Shown here: positions 31,078-42,410 of the stretch, in pieces
Layout of the letters: every line of letters begins with the position of its first letter
Position numbering within the stretch: position 1 is the first letter of the stretch
DNA from: Nitrospirota bacterium
Lineage (GTDB): Bacteria; Nitrospirota; Nitrospiria; Nitrospirales; Nitrospiraceae
Length of the DNA: 64,000 bases
Assembly: GCA_963703955.1 (NCBI GenBank)
Contig: CAVPGK010000018.1
Span: 40,017 to 104,016, forward strand
Direction: 5' to 3'
Notes under the pieces: model-generated
Database searches by the model: none
The model's input: only the letters and a program-made list of their open reading frames with translations
What the model was told of the DNA's origin: nothing
Translations under genes and position numbers: made by a program

Positions 31078-32169
31078 CTAATGACTGACTTTCAAAAACA
31101 GATACGAGCCGAACGAAAGAAACAGCAAATTGGCAATCCATCCTGCAAGAATCGGTTCGAGCACTCCGCTCCGACCGAACGCGATAGCAACCGAGTGAGC
31201 AGTCCAATAGAGAAAGCCTACCACAAGGGCCTGGCCAATACCGATCGCCATCCCGCCTCCTCGGGTTCCGGTCCGGCGCAGGCTCAAGGCGATGCCGATG
31301 ACGGCCATCACCACACTGACGAACGGGAAGGCAATCCGTCCGTAATAATCGGTCAGCAATCGAGCGACTTGATATCCGTCCTTTTCGAGGCGCTTGATGC
31401 GTGACTGGAGATCTACCAAGGTGCGTTCTTCCGTTTCGACCGACAGCCAATCGGTAAAATCCTCAGGCTGATGGGACAGGCCAAGCGGTTCCGTCACGAA
31501 GGTTTCTGTCGTGAGGCCGCCGTTCTTGAGCAAGATCCGTCGCAGACCTTTCTGCAATACCCAGCCCTGAGCGGTGTAGTGGGCCGCCTGAGCTTCAATG
31601 ATCTCCGTCAGTCGGAAGTCAGGCCCCAATCGGTACAGCCGAATCCCCCGCAGGGTTGTGCCGTCCGGATCGATAGCCTCGATGTTCATCAATGTCTGGT
31701 TTTCGATCTGAATCCACGGGCGCATGGTCTTGATGGCAGCCGGAGCGGTCCTTTTCTCAATGAGGGTCGTCTTGACGTATTCGGCGCGGGTTGTGGACAA
31801 AGGAATGACGACCGCACTAAGGGCGAACAGGCCCAAAGCCACCGCCAACGAGAAGAGGAGAAACGGCATGGCCGTGCGGAGCAGGCTGATCCCGCAGCTC
31901 CGCATGGCGGTGATCTCGTGATTCTTGGAGAACATTCCGAGCGTCAACAGGGTGGCCATGAGAATGGCCAGCGGCGCGATTTGAAAGGAGATGGCCGGAG
32001 TTCTCAGAAGGAAGTACCCCAAGATATGAATGGCTTCGGCATCAAACCGAATAAAGCGGCGGACCTTCTCAAAAAAATCCACGACCAGATACACGGTCAT
32101 GAGGCCCGCGAAACACATCAGAAACACTTTGACGTATTCGCGCAACAGATACCGGAACAGGATCGTCAT
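31078..32169 (-). CDS. lptG: LPS export permease
   Basis: ILFRYLLRE, NHEITAMRSCGIS, AGWIANLLF. Confidence 0.88.
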   Translation of the reverse strand: MTILFRYLLREYVKVFLMCFAGLMTVYLVVDFFEKVRRFIRFDAEAIHILGYFLLRTPAISFQIAPLAILMATLLTLGMFSKNHEITAMRSCGISLLRTAMPFLLFSLAVALGLFALSAVVIPLSTTRAEYVKTTLIEKRTAPAAIKTMRPWIQIENQTLMNIEAIDPDGTTLRGIRLYRLGPDFRLTEIIEAQAAHYTAQGWVLQKGLRRILLKNGGLTTETFVTEPLGLSHQPEDFTDWLSVETEERTLVDLQSRIKRLEKDGYQVARLLTDYYGRIAFPFVSVVMAVIGIALSLRRTGTRGGGMAIGIGQALVVGFLYWTAHSVAIAFGRSGVLEPILAGWIANLLFLSFGSYLFLKVSH

Positions 32170-32175
32170 CGATTG

Positions 32176-33297
32176 TTACCGTCGGCTGACACGGTGAAAT
32201 AGTACCACCGTTGTTCCCAGGAACAGGATGTTCGGCAACCACGCGCCGGCGAATGGTGGAAGGAACAAAGTCGTAACCAAGAACTCGCACAGGACGTTGA
32301 GCACATAGTAAACAATGATGATCATCACGCCGGCGGCGAACCCGCCTATTCGGCCGGACCGTTTGGACACGATGCCGACGGGGACTCCCAATATGCCGAA
32401 GATCAGAGCTGCCGTCGGAAACGCGAGATCTTTGTAGTATTCCATCAAACGCCGCAGATAGCCGGCATCTTTCCAGTCCGAACGGTTCAATTGTTCGAGC
32501 ACGGCCTCGCGTGAGAGGCGTTCATCGAGCGGGGCGTAGAGGCTCTGATCGAGGCTCAGCTTGAGATCGTAGGACGAAAAAGTGACCTGATGATACTGGT
32601 CGAGGTCGTATGGACGGCTGTGAATGGTTCCGTGGAGCAGCCGAATACCGACCTGATTGCGGGCGGGTTCGCTCAACAGAGTATAGTCGCTGGCGACAAT
32701 GACACGAGCTTCTCCAGGATTGCGCTCGTCGAAGATGAAGATGCTGCCGGCCCCTTCCTGCGAGGTATCGGCCACATAGATGACCATGCGCGGGACCGGT
32801 TCGTTAAACACGCCTTTGTCCAAGGCGAGGGTCAATTGATCGCGCAACAGGTTCAATGCCAGCCTTTTCAAGGACACGCTGGTCCACGGTTGACCCCATT
32901 GGGAGAGGATAAGCGTCAAACCAAAGACCAGGCAGGAAAATACGAACACGGGAACCGATAGACGCAGAAGGCTTAATCCCGCCGCTCGCATGGCTACCAA
33001 TTCTTTGTCGTAGGACAACCGGCTAAAGGCGGAAATGGAGGCGATGATCCCCGCGATCGGGAGCGTCAACACTAGAAATGAGGGTAGGAGGTGAACGAAG
33101 ACTTTGAAGATGGATGCCAGGCCGATGCCTTTGGACACAAACAGCTCAACCAGGCGCAGCAGTTCCTTCGTCAACATAACGAAGCAGAGCGCCCCGACAC
33201 TGATATAGAAGGGGGGAAGCAGCTCGGCGAAAATATAGCGGTCGAGAATTTTCAGCGATGGTACTCGCAGGCCAAGCAGTCGCATCACTATAGCCAA
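32176..33297 (-). CDS. lptF: LPS export permease
   Basis: ILDRYIFAE, RLSYDKELVAMRAAGLS, AWLPNILF. Confidence 0.88.
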   Translation of the reverse strand: MAIVMRLLGLRVPSLKILDRYIFAELLPPFYISVGALCFVMLTKELLRLVELFVSKGIGLASIFKVFVHLLPSFLVLTLPIAGIIASISAFSRLSYDKELVAMRAAGLSLLRLSVPVFVFSCLVFGLTLILSQWGQPWTSVSLKRLALNLLRDQLTLALDKGVFNEPVPRMVIYVADTSQEGAGSIFIFDERNPGEARVIVASDYTLLSEPARNQVGIRLLHGTIHSRPYDLDQYHQVTFSSYDLKLSLDQSLYAPLDERLSREAVLEQLNRSDWKDAGYLRRLMEYYKDLAFPTAALIFGILGVPVGIVSKRSGRIGGFAAGVMIIIVYYVLNVLCEFLVTTLFLPPFAGAWLPNILFLGTTVVLFHRVSRR

Positions 33298-33454
33298 TTG
33301 TCGAGGTCCTGTAAATTCTTGAGGAGGATTGGAGCTCGCGCCGGTTCTTTAGACGAATTCGCATGAAAAGTTATTATTGACAAGCCTAGGGCATTATGCT
33401 AGATGCTTGCCCCGATTTGCAGGCTAGGCATGCACTCTTTCACCTGTCTATCAG

Positions 33455-33490
33455 TGCCGTAGGAAGAAATCCTTCCTGCGGCATTTTTTT
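33455..33490 (+). terminator. intrinsic-terminator-like hairpin in cspA leader
   Basis: TGCCGTAGGAAG-AAATC-CTTCCTGCGGCA followed by T7. Confidence 0.65.
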
Positions 33491-33572
33491 GTGACGCTCC
33501 CCCTCGGGGTGATGAGGGCAAGTCGGATCACCAGTTGGGTTTGGGTAGTGGTTTCAGAAAAAGGAGGATCGT

Positions 33573-33776
33573 GTGAAAAGCAAGGGCACTGTTAAATGGT
33601 TCAATGACAGGAAGGGTTTTGGGTTTATCCGCCTTGAGAGCGGTGAAGATGTCTTTGTCCATTACTCAGCTCTCCAGGGGGAGGGCTTCAAGTCTCTCAA
33701 AGAAGGTGAGAATGTCGAGTTTGATATTGTGCAGGGAGCGAAAGGGCCTCAGGCAGCCAATGTTATGAAGACCTAA
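33573..33776 (+). CDS. cspA: cold-shock protein
   Basis: [29 protein letters not shown]. Confidence 0.97.
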   Translation: MKSKGTVKWFNDRKGFGFIRLESGEDVFVHYSALQGEGFKSLKEGENVEFDIVQGAKGPQAANVMKT

Positions 33777-33806
33777 CGATCGCCCTCACTATACTTGCCC
33801 GCATGA

Positions 33807-33841
33807 GGGGGTCCGTCTCGAAGAGAGGTGGACCCCTTTTT
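33807..33841 (+). terminator. terminator after cspA
   Basis: GGGGTCCGTCTC-GAAGA-GAGGTGGACCCC followed by a T run. Confidence 0.7.
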
Positions 33842-33934
33842 CTGTCTGTGTTGCGGTCTTGTTGGTTTTCATATCTCGTTATTTTATCATGCAATTTCTT
33901 GACAAGATCGCAGAGTATGATACTTTCAGAGTGT

Positions 33935-35701
33935 ATGGAGGCTGACAAGAGTAAGGTCCAGCAAAGCGCCAATCTTTTGGCCGCGCGTGGCCAGTTCGAC
34001 AAAGCCATCGCCGAGTGGAAAAAACTCCTCGCTGACTCTCCCGCAGACGGAACCATTCACAACAATATCGGAGACCTTCAGCTCAAACGCAACGCCGTCG
34101 GCGAAGCCGTCGAGGCGTATTTTCAAGCCGGTACCGCCTTTCAGGCGTCCGGCTCGGCGCTGAAGGCCATCGCCGTCTATAAGAAAATCATCAAGATCGA
34201 TCCCAGTCGATATAAGGTGTACCAAAACCTCGGTGATCTCAACGCGGAACGCGGCCTAGTCAACAATGCCGTGTCCGATTATCTGACCCTGAGCAAGCTC
34301 TATCTGAAAGAGGGGTTGGTTCGGGAAGCTCTGACGGTCTACCGAAAAATCGTCAACCTGGACCCGCCAAACCTGGATATCAAGCGGCGCCTTGCCGACC
34401 TGTGTCTGCAAGAAGGCTTGCGGGAAGAAGCCGTCAAGACGTTGTTGCAGCTTGGGAAACAATGCTCTGCTCAGAACCGCGCCGTCGAAGCGCGCGAGGC
34501 GTATCAGAAGGTTTTGAAAATCGATCCCGGAAACACCAGTGCCGAACGCTTGTTGGCCAATCCTCAGGAAGCGCTTGTTGAAGACCGACCGTCCAGGTCG
34601 GCGGACTCATCCCCGGCCTCCGGCGAGCTGGACCGGCAGCAGTCGCTGGATAAGGCGAATCGGCAGATGAACGAAGGCCAGGTCGGTGAAGCGGAAGCGC
34701 TCCTCTCAGATCTCCTGAGTTCACATCCGGGGGATCCGGAAGTATGCCGACTCCTCGCCATGTTGCATATCAAGCGCGGCGACCTCGCGGTCGCTTTGAG
34801 CGAGATTCGGTTTCTGGCCGAGGCTGCCATTCGGGCGGAGGATTATGCGTTGGCTGAGTCCATGATCCTTGAATATCTCAGGGCCGATCCGAAATCCGTC
34901 ACGCTTCTCGAATTGCTGGGAAACATGTATGAACAGAACGGCAATCAGGATGCGGCGATGACTCAATACGGCAAGGCCGTAGACCTACTCTTAGAAGAGC
35001 CCGACCCTGAAATGCCGACGCGTTCGGCCGAGTTGTATCAGAAAATCGTTCAGCTCGCTCCTACGAGCCCGCTCGCGAGTCGGCTTGCGTCGACCTTTGC
35101 TCCGTCGAAAAGGCCTCCGGCGCAGCCTGCCGGTGAGGCGCGGTCGCCGGGCGCACCCGGGCCCGAACCTTCGACGCCGATGGAGACCTCATCAGCCCGG
35201 GAAACGGTCCAGGTGGGGCAGGCTAGCCCATCCCAGGTCTCTCCAGCGGAACAACCCCGCCAGCCCAGCGAGCAGGAATATAAGACTCACTACGAACTGG
35301 GCATGGCCTATAAAGACATGGGATTGTTGGACGAGGCGATGGAGGAGTTTCGCACAGCGCTGTATTCTCACGACTGTTTCTTGGATGCCTCCAGCATGTT
35401 GGCCGCCTGTCTGAAGGACAAGGGGCACATGACTGCGGCGATCGAGTGTCTCGAGCAGGCGGTGGCCGACTCGCGGTGCGGGGGCAACAAGTCGGTCGCT
35501 CTGCGATATGAACTGGGCGTGATGTACGAGGCTAACGGCTTGCTCGACAAGGCCGCCGGTGTGTTTGCGACGATCTCAAATTTCCTCGACGTCCCGATCC
35601 GGCTGGAACGTGTCCAAGGCTCGGTCGGAAAAAAGCCGTCGTCTGAGTCTGAGGGGGGGTCGAGACGGACCCCGCTTCCCCTGGAGCTGGTGAGCAGGTG
35701 A
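33935..35701 (+). CDS. tetratricopeptide repeat protein (start uncertain)
   Basis: Many TPR units, Pro-rich linker, C-terminal THYELGMAYKDMGLLDEAMEEF TPR block. Confidence 0.85.
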   Translation: MEADKSKVQQSANLLAARGQFDKAIAEWKKLLADSPADGTIHNNIGDLQLKRNAVGEAVEAYFQAGTAFQASGSALKAIAVYKKIIKIDPSRYKVYQNLGDLNAERGLVNNAVSDYLTLSKLYLKEGLVREALTVYRKIVNLDPPNLDIKRRLADLCLQEGLREEAVKTLLQLGKQCSAQNRAVEAREAYQKVLKIDPGNTSAERLLANPQEALVEDRPSRSADSSPASGELDRQQSLDKANRQMNEGQVGEAEALLSDLLSSHPGDPEVCRLLAMLHIKRGDLAVALSEIRFLAEAAIRAEDYALAESMILEYLRADPKSVTLLELLGNMYEQNGNQDAAMTQYGKAVDLLLEEPDPEMPTRSAELYQKIVQLAPTSPLASRLASTFAPSKRPPAQPAGEARSPGAPGPEPSTPMETSSARETVQVGQASPSQVSPAEQPRQPSEQEYKTHYELGMAYKDMGLLDEAMEEFRTALYSHDCFLDASSMLAACLKDKGHMTAAIECLEQAVADSRCGGNKSVALRYELGVMYEANGLLDKAAGVFATISNFLDVPIRLERVQGSVGKKPSSESEGGSRRTPLPLELVSR

Positions 35702-35777
35702 GCGTTGGCGCCGGGAACACGGCCGCGCCCGAACGGAAGAAGCGTCGGATCTCCTACCTCTAATGTCTTGAGTCACC

Positions 35778-36593
35778 ATGTCCCTTCTTGAGTTCTTTCA
35801 GCTAAAAGAGAACCCATTCTCGATCGCCATCGACAGCCGGTTTTTTTATAGTTCCCAACAACACGCGGAAGCGCTGGTCCGGCTCAACTACGCGGTGGAG
35901 AATGTGAAGGGACTTGCCGTCGTCGTTGGTGACGTCGGGACCGGGAAAACGACGTTGGCGACCAGATTTCTCGAGGAATTGGAGACGGGCGCTTACGAAG
36001 CCGCACTGCTGATCGTCCTGCACGCGGGCGTGACGTCGGAGTGGATGATGCGGAAGGTTGCCCTCCAGATGGAGATTGCCGCTCCGGCGGAAAGCAAGAC
36101 GGAGCTGTTGACTCAGCTTGGGAAACGGCTAGAAGAGGTCGCGGAATCCGGAAAGAAAGCCGTGGTGCTGATCGACGAAGCCCAGATGCTTCGCAGCCAA
36201 GAACTCATGGAAGATTTTCGCGGCTTGTTGAACATTGAAATGAACGGTCATAAGCTGGTGACGTTTGTGCTATTCGGTTTGCCGGAGCTGGATCAAGTAT
36301 TGGCGCTCGACCGGCCGCTCCACCAACGGGTCGCCGTTCGTTACGAGCTGACGGCGTTAAATAGTCCCGGGACCGAAGCGTATGTCAATTATCGTCTGCG
36401 CATCGCAGGGTGCCAGGGAGGTCTGTTCAAGCCCGACACCTTTCCGCTTATCTGCCACTATTCAAAGGGAATTCCCCGCCTGATCAATACCCTCTGCGAT
36501 AATGCCCTACTGGAAGCCTATTTGAGAAAGCAGGAACGGATTGAGATGAACTTAGTCCATGAGGTTGCCGAAGATCTGAAACTGAGTCGTTAA
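35778..36593 (+). CDS. ExeA/GspA-family AAA+ ATPase
   Basis: ENPFS..D..FFY, GDVGTGKTT, LIDEAQ, GIPRLINTLCDNALL. Confidence 0.9.
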   Translation: MSLLEFFQLKENPFSIAIDSRFFYSSQQHAEALVRLNYAVENVKGLAVVVGDVGTGKTTLATRFLEELETGAYEAALLIVLHAGVTSEWMMRKVALQMEIAAPAESKTELLTQLGKRLEEVAESGKKAVVLIDEAQMLRSQELMEDFRGLLNIEMNGHKLVTFVLFGLPELDQVLALDRPLHQRVAVRYELTALNSPGTEAYVNYRLRIAGCQGGLFKPDTFPLICHYSKGIPRLINTLCDNALLEAYLRKQERIEMNLVHEVAEDLKLSR

Positions 36594-36666
36594 TCAGCGC
36601 TGAGTAACCCACTGCAGGAAAACCGGGCACTTTCTTTCCACTTCAGTCCTCAGCACTCAGTCCTGG
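36594..36666. repeat. short heptamer repeats between convergent genes
   Basis: TCAGTCC-TCAGCAC-TCAGTCC, complementary to upstream GCTGAGT. Confidence 0.45.
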
Positions 36667-36667
36667 T

Positions 36668-37633
36668 TCACATCACTCGATTCGGCGCGGGCCTTCCTTC
36701 CAATACCGCTACGATGTTCGCCAGGCACGTCTGGCCCATTCGAACCCGTGTGATCAGCGTCGCTGAACCCAGATGAGGAAGGGTCACGACCTGCTTGAGC
36801 TCGCGCAAACCAGGATGAAGAACCGGTTCCTGTTCATATACATCGAGCCCGGCGCCGGCGAGACGTCCTTCGTGGAGCGCGGCTGCCAGCGCGGCTTCGT
36901 CAACGACGGGGCCACGAGACGTGTTGATGAGGTAGGCCGTTGGACGCATGCGGTGAAACTCCGCCTTGCCGAGTAAGTGGTGTGTGTCGGGAGTCAGCGG
37001 AACATGAAGACTGATGAAGTCGGCCTGAGCCAGAAGGTCCTCGAACGGGACGCACCGCCAGGAGACATCTTCGGGGATGGAAGGTGTGCGACGGCAGTAG
37101 AGAATGGGCATGGAAAACCCGCTTGCTCGCCGCGCGACGGCTTGTCCGATTCGTCCCATTCCGATAATTCCGAGCGTTTTCCCGTGCACCTCCGCGCCGA
37201 GTAGTTGAGTTGGTTCCCATCCCTTCCACAGTCCTCTCTGCACCAGATCATGTCCCTCAGCTACCCGCCTGGCCGTGGCGAGCAGCAGCGCCCACGTGAG
37301 ATCCGCGGTCGTCTCGGTAAGAATGTCAGGCGTGTTCGTGACGATAATCCCGCCGGCTTTGGCTGCCTTCAGGTCGATGTTGTTGTAGCCCACCGCGTAG
37401 TTGGCGACCACTCGGAGGTGCGGCGCGCGCCGGAAAACGTCGCCGTCGATCCGCTCCGTCAAGGTACAGATCATGGCCTCGGCATGAGCCAGACCTGCCA
37501 AGAGGGCGTCCTTCGCCGGAGGCGACGAGGTCGGCGTGGCAATCAGAGAGAAGCGCGCTGCAAGGTCAGCCATAACCGGCTCGGGAAGTCGTCTCGTGAC
37601 GTATAGGTTAGCTTTCTTCATCGAGATCATCAT
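36668..37633 (-). CDS. D-2-hydroxyacid dehydrogenase (glyoxylate/hydroxypyruvate reductase)
   Basis: AVGYNNID, GIIGMGRIG, INTSRGPVVDE, LDVYEQEP, PHLGSA. Confidence 0.92.
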   Translation of the reverse strand: MMISMKKANLYVTRRLPEPVMADLAARFSLIATPTSSPPAKDALLAGLAHAEAMICTLTERIDGDVFRRAPHLRVVANYAVGYNNIDLKAAKAGGIIVTNTPDILTETTADLTWALLLATARRVAEGHDLVQRGLWKGWEPTQLLGAEVHGKTLGIIGMGRIGQAVARRASGFSMPILYCRRTPSIPEDVSWRCVPFEDLLAQADFISLHVPLTPDTHHLLGKAEFHRMRPTAYLINTSRGPVVDEAALAAALHEGRLAGAGLDVYEQEPVLHPGLRELKQVVTLPHLGSATLITRVRMGQTCLANIVAVLEGRPAPNRVM

Positions 37634-37676
37634 ACCCGGAAAGCAGGCTCCCCTTGCAGGATTTGGCTGGGCTACC

Positions 37677-37706
37677 TTGACGAGTCTGTTAGCCCTTTGC
37701 TAGGAT
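37677..37706 (+). promoter_or_regulatory. sigma70-type promoter
   Basis: TTGACG-18 nt-TAGGAT with extended TG. Confidence 0.5.
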
Positions 37707-37776
37707 CAACGATCCAACTTATTGGTCGATCGCAACCTTTTACCGTGGGTCGATGAGCGCCGAGAAGAGGAGCATC

Positions 37777-40734
37777 ATGGCACTGTGGTGGGATCGCGAA
37801 GCATGGCCGTCAAAGCGGCTGATCCTGACGGCTGAAGGAAGCTCCGACGAATGGGGTGCAGGGGAATCGGTCGCAGAAGACGAACTGCCCTCGGCTCCAA
37901 GCCAGCTCGTTGTTAAACCAGGCAATGGCCGCAATACTGTCACATGGGAGCCCGTTCCGGACGCGCTCTACTATAACATCTATTTCCTAACCACCAAAGG
38001 CGTGCAGATCAAGTTCTCGGTACTGACCCGCCCGATCGCCAGCGCAACCGACTTTAGTCCCGTCATCGGAGTCACCAAAGAAAAAGGAAACCTGATCGAA
38101 GGGGCCACGTCGCCGTTTGTGCATGACGACTTGGCCAACGGGACGTGCTACCACTATGTGGTGACGGTGGTCACCCCGAAGGGAGAAAGCCCCGAGTCCA
38201 CCGAAACTATGGCGATCCCTTCTCCGTACCTGCTGGCGAAGATCATCGGGCAGACTGGTGTGGACGACGGAGAGTTCAATTCACCCACAGGGATTGCCAT
38301 CGATAAGGATGGCAACATCTATGTGGCGGATACCGACAATCATTCCATTCAGAAATTCGACAAGGACGGAACATTTCTTGCCCGTTGGGGAGGAGAGCCG
38401 AGTTCGCAGGAAGGACAGTTTTACTATCCGCGCGGGCTGGCCGCGGGCCCTGATGGTGAGGTCTACATCGCCGACAGCGGAAACAATCGGGTGCAGAAGT
38501 TCGACTCCGAAGGCAACTGCATGCATGCCTGGGGGAAATTCGGCTTCGCTTGGCGAGGCGCCGACATCGGAAAATTCGACGTGCCGTGGGGGGTGGCGAC
38601 TGACCATCAAGGGAACGTCTACCTCTCGGATACCAGTAACGCGCGCATCCAAAAATTTCAGGACGACGGCACTCCGTTGATGAAATGGGGTCGTGACGGA
38701 AGCTATGACGGCGCCTTTTTCTTCCCGAGAGGGGTGACGATCGATTTTGTCGGCAATGTGTTTGTCGCAGACGAGAGCAATCATCGTATCCAAAAATTCG
38801 ACGCCCGAGGCAGCTTCCTGGCGAAATGGGGCAAGGAGGGCAACGGGCCAGGACAGTTTAAATCCCCATGGGGGGTGGCGTGCGACGCGCTCGGGAACGT
38901 CTATGTGGTAGACAGCGGCAATCACCGCGTTCAGAAATTCGACGGCAACGGGACGTTTCTCTGCGCCTGGGGCAACCGAGGGATCACGGAGGGCCAGTTC
39001 AATTTCCCATCGGGTATTGCCGTAGATAAAGAGGGAAACGTCTATGTCGTGGACAGCGGAAACGGTCGGGTCATGAAGTATGTCCCGACGGAAGAGGAAA
39101 TCCAGAAAACCCAACAGACCAAGCCACAGACGACGACGTCACTGCCGGCTCCTCGCAGCGTGGTGGTGAAACCCGGAGATACGGAAACCATTCTCAGTTG
39201 GCTCGAGGCCCCGAGCGCCGTTTCCTACAACCTCTATTTCCATACGTCGCCCGGCGTCACACTGCAAACCGGAACCCGCATCGAGGGAGTGACTAGTCCG
39301 TATAACCACTCGGGGCTGACCAACGACATTCCCTACTACTATGCGGTGACCGCGGTCTACGAGGATGGCTCGGAAAGTTCGTTGTCGGAAGAAGTCACCG
39401 CGACGCCGGTGTTGATCGACATGACAGCTCCCCAAAACCCGTACGCGGTGGTCAATCACGGCGGATTCATGACCAACTCGCCCGATGTGGTCGTCACTAT
39501 TTCAGCCACCGATCTGGACACCGGTGTGGCGGCGTATTACATCTCAGAGAGTCCGATTGCGCCAACTGCCGGGGTGCCGGGATGGGTGGAGGTCGATCCA
39601 ATATATAAGTTCGGCGGGACGATCCCCTTTGCGCTTTCGCCTGGAGATGGCAACAAAACCATCTATGTCTGGTTCAAAGATGTCGGCAACAATGTGTCGG
39701 TGCCGGCCAGCGCCAGCATTCTCGTCAATACGTCCGGGTATCTCTGCGTCTCCAAGTGGGGAAAGCCGGGTCGTGGAGCGTCGCTCCTGCACGGCGGCGA
39801 GTTTATGGCCCCCATCTATGGGATGGCGATTGATCAACAAGGCTCCCTCTTTGTGGTGGATAACGGTAACAACCGGATTCAGAAGTTCGACAACAACGGG
39901 AACTTCATCATTCTGTGGGGAAGTTTCGGCGGCGCGAACTCCAACTTTCACAACCCAACGGGAATCGCCTGCGATGCGAAAGGTGACGTGTACGTCGTCG
40001 ATACGAATAACCATCGTGTCCAGAAATTCGACGGCAAACTGGGCCAGTATGTGATGAAGTTCGGTTCTCGCGGCAACGGCGAAGGCCAGTTCAGTTCACC
40101 CTGGGGGATCGCCGTCGATCGCGTGCGGGGCTACATCTACGTGGTGGACAGCGCCAATTTCAGGGTGCAGAAGTTCGATAAGACAGGCGAGTTTATCATG
40201 CAATGGGGCAGCTTTGGGAACAACGACGGCCAGTTCTATTTTGCGCGCGGTGTTGCCGTGGATCAGAGCGACGGGACGGTTTATGTAGTGGATATGGGCA
40301 ACCACCGCGTCCAGAAATTCGATACGAGCACCAACGTCTTACCGCAATTGCTGACGAAGTGGGGCGGCGGACTAGGGCCCGGCCACGCGAGCAGCGCGCA
40401 GGCTCAGGAGGCGGGCCAGCTCCGCTCGCCGTGGGGTATCACCGTCGATGCGAACGGTGATGTGTATGTTACGGATACCGGCAACCATCGGATCCAGAAA
40501 TTCGACCGGGAAGGCAATTATTTGACTCAATGGGGTGGCTTCGGCAACGGGGACGGCCAGTTCAATTTCCCGTACGGCATTGCCGTCGATGCCCGGGGCA
40601 GCGTATTCGCCGTCGACAGCGGCAATACGCGAGTGCAACAGTTCATGCCAGCTGAAGAAGGCGGAGAGCGACTGCAGGAAGAAGCGGAGGCCGCGGTTCT
40701 CTCCGACAAAACGGCGGAATCTCAAAGTCGGTAA
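37777..40734 (+). CDS. FN3 + NHL-repeat (two beta-propeller) protein
   Basis: About 12 NHL repeats (F..P.GIAVD..GNVYV.D.GN.R.QKFD) in two blocks, two FN3-like domains. Confidence 0.9.
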   Translation: MALWWDREAWPSKRLILTAEGSSDEWGAGESVAEDELPSAPSQLVVKPGNGRNTVTWEPVPDALYYNIYFLTTKGVQIKFSVLTRPIASATDFSPVIGVTKEKGNLIEGATSPFVHDDLANGTCYHYVVTVVTPKGESPESTETMAIPSPYLLAKIIGQTGVDDGEFNSPTGIAIDKDGNIYVADTDNHSIQKFDKDGTFLARWGGEPSSQEGQFYYPRGLAAGPDGEVYIADSGNNRVQKFDSEGNCMHAWGKFGFAWRGADIGKFDVPWGVATDHQGNVYLSDTSNARIQKFQDDGTPLMKWGRDGSYDGAFFFPRGVTIDFVGNVFVADESNHRIQKFDARGSFLAKWGKEGNGPGQFKSPWGVACDALGNVYVVDSGNHRVQKFDGNGTFLCAWGNRGITEGQFNFPSGIAVDKEGNVYVVDSGNGRVMKYVPTEEEIQKTQQTKPQTTTSLPAPRSVVVKPGDTETILSWLEAPSAVSYNLYFHTSPGVTLQTGTRIEGVTSPYNHSGLTNDIPYYYAVTAVYEDGSESSLSEEVTATPVLIDMTAPQNPYAVVNHGGFMTNSPDVVVTISATDLDTGVAAYYISESPIAPTAGVPGWVEVDPIYKFGGTIPFALSPGDGNKTIYVWFKDVGNNVSVPASASILVNTSGYLCVSKWGKPGRGASLLHGGEFMAPIYGMAIDQQGSLFVVDNGNNRIQKFDNNGNFIILWGSFGGANSNFHNPTGIACDAKGDVYVVDTNNHRVQKFDGKLGQYVMKFGSRGNGEGQFSSPWGIAVDRVRGYIYVVDSANFRVQKFDKTGEFIMQWGSFGNNDGQFYFARGVAVDQSDGTVYVVDMGNHRVQKFDTSTNVLPQLLTKWGGGLGPGHASSAQAQEAGQLRSPWGITVDANGDVYVTDTGNHRIQKFDREGNYLTQWGGFGNGDGQFNFPYGIAVDARGSVFAVDSGNTRVQQFMPAEEGGERLQEEAEAAVLSDKTAESQSR

Positions 40735-40751
40735 CCACCCATCTCGTAATC

Positions 40752-42304
<1,553 letters not shown>

Positions 42305-42410
42305 CAGCACCAGCAAAGTCGCGCGGGGCGGGGAGCATCGAGGTTCGACCTCTAGCGAAGTGCTACGACGATTTGCTCTGGGCTGCAGGCTATTCGCAAC
42401 ACGCGAGCCT

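Noticed and set aside
37753..40734. Periodic DNA as a CRISPR or tandem array
   Set aside because: Periodicity is degenerate NHL protein repeats; no repeat-spacer array or cas gene in the window
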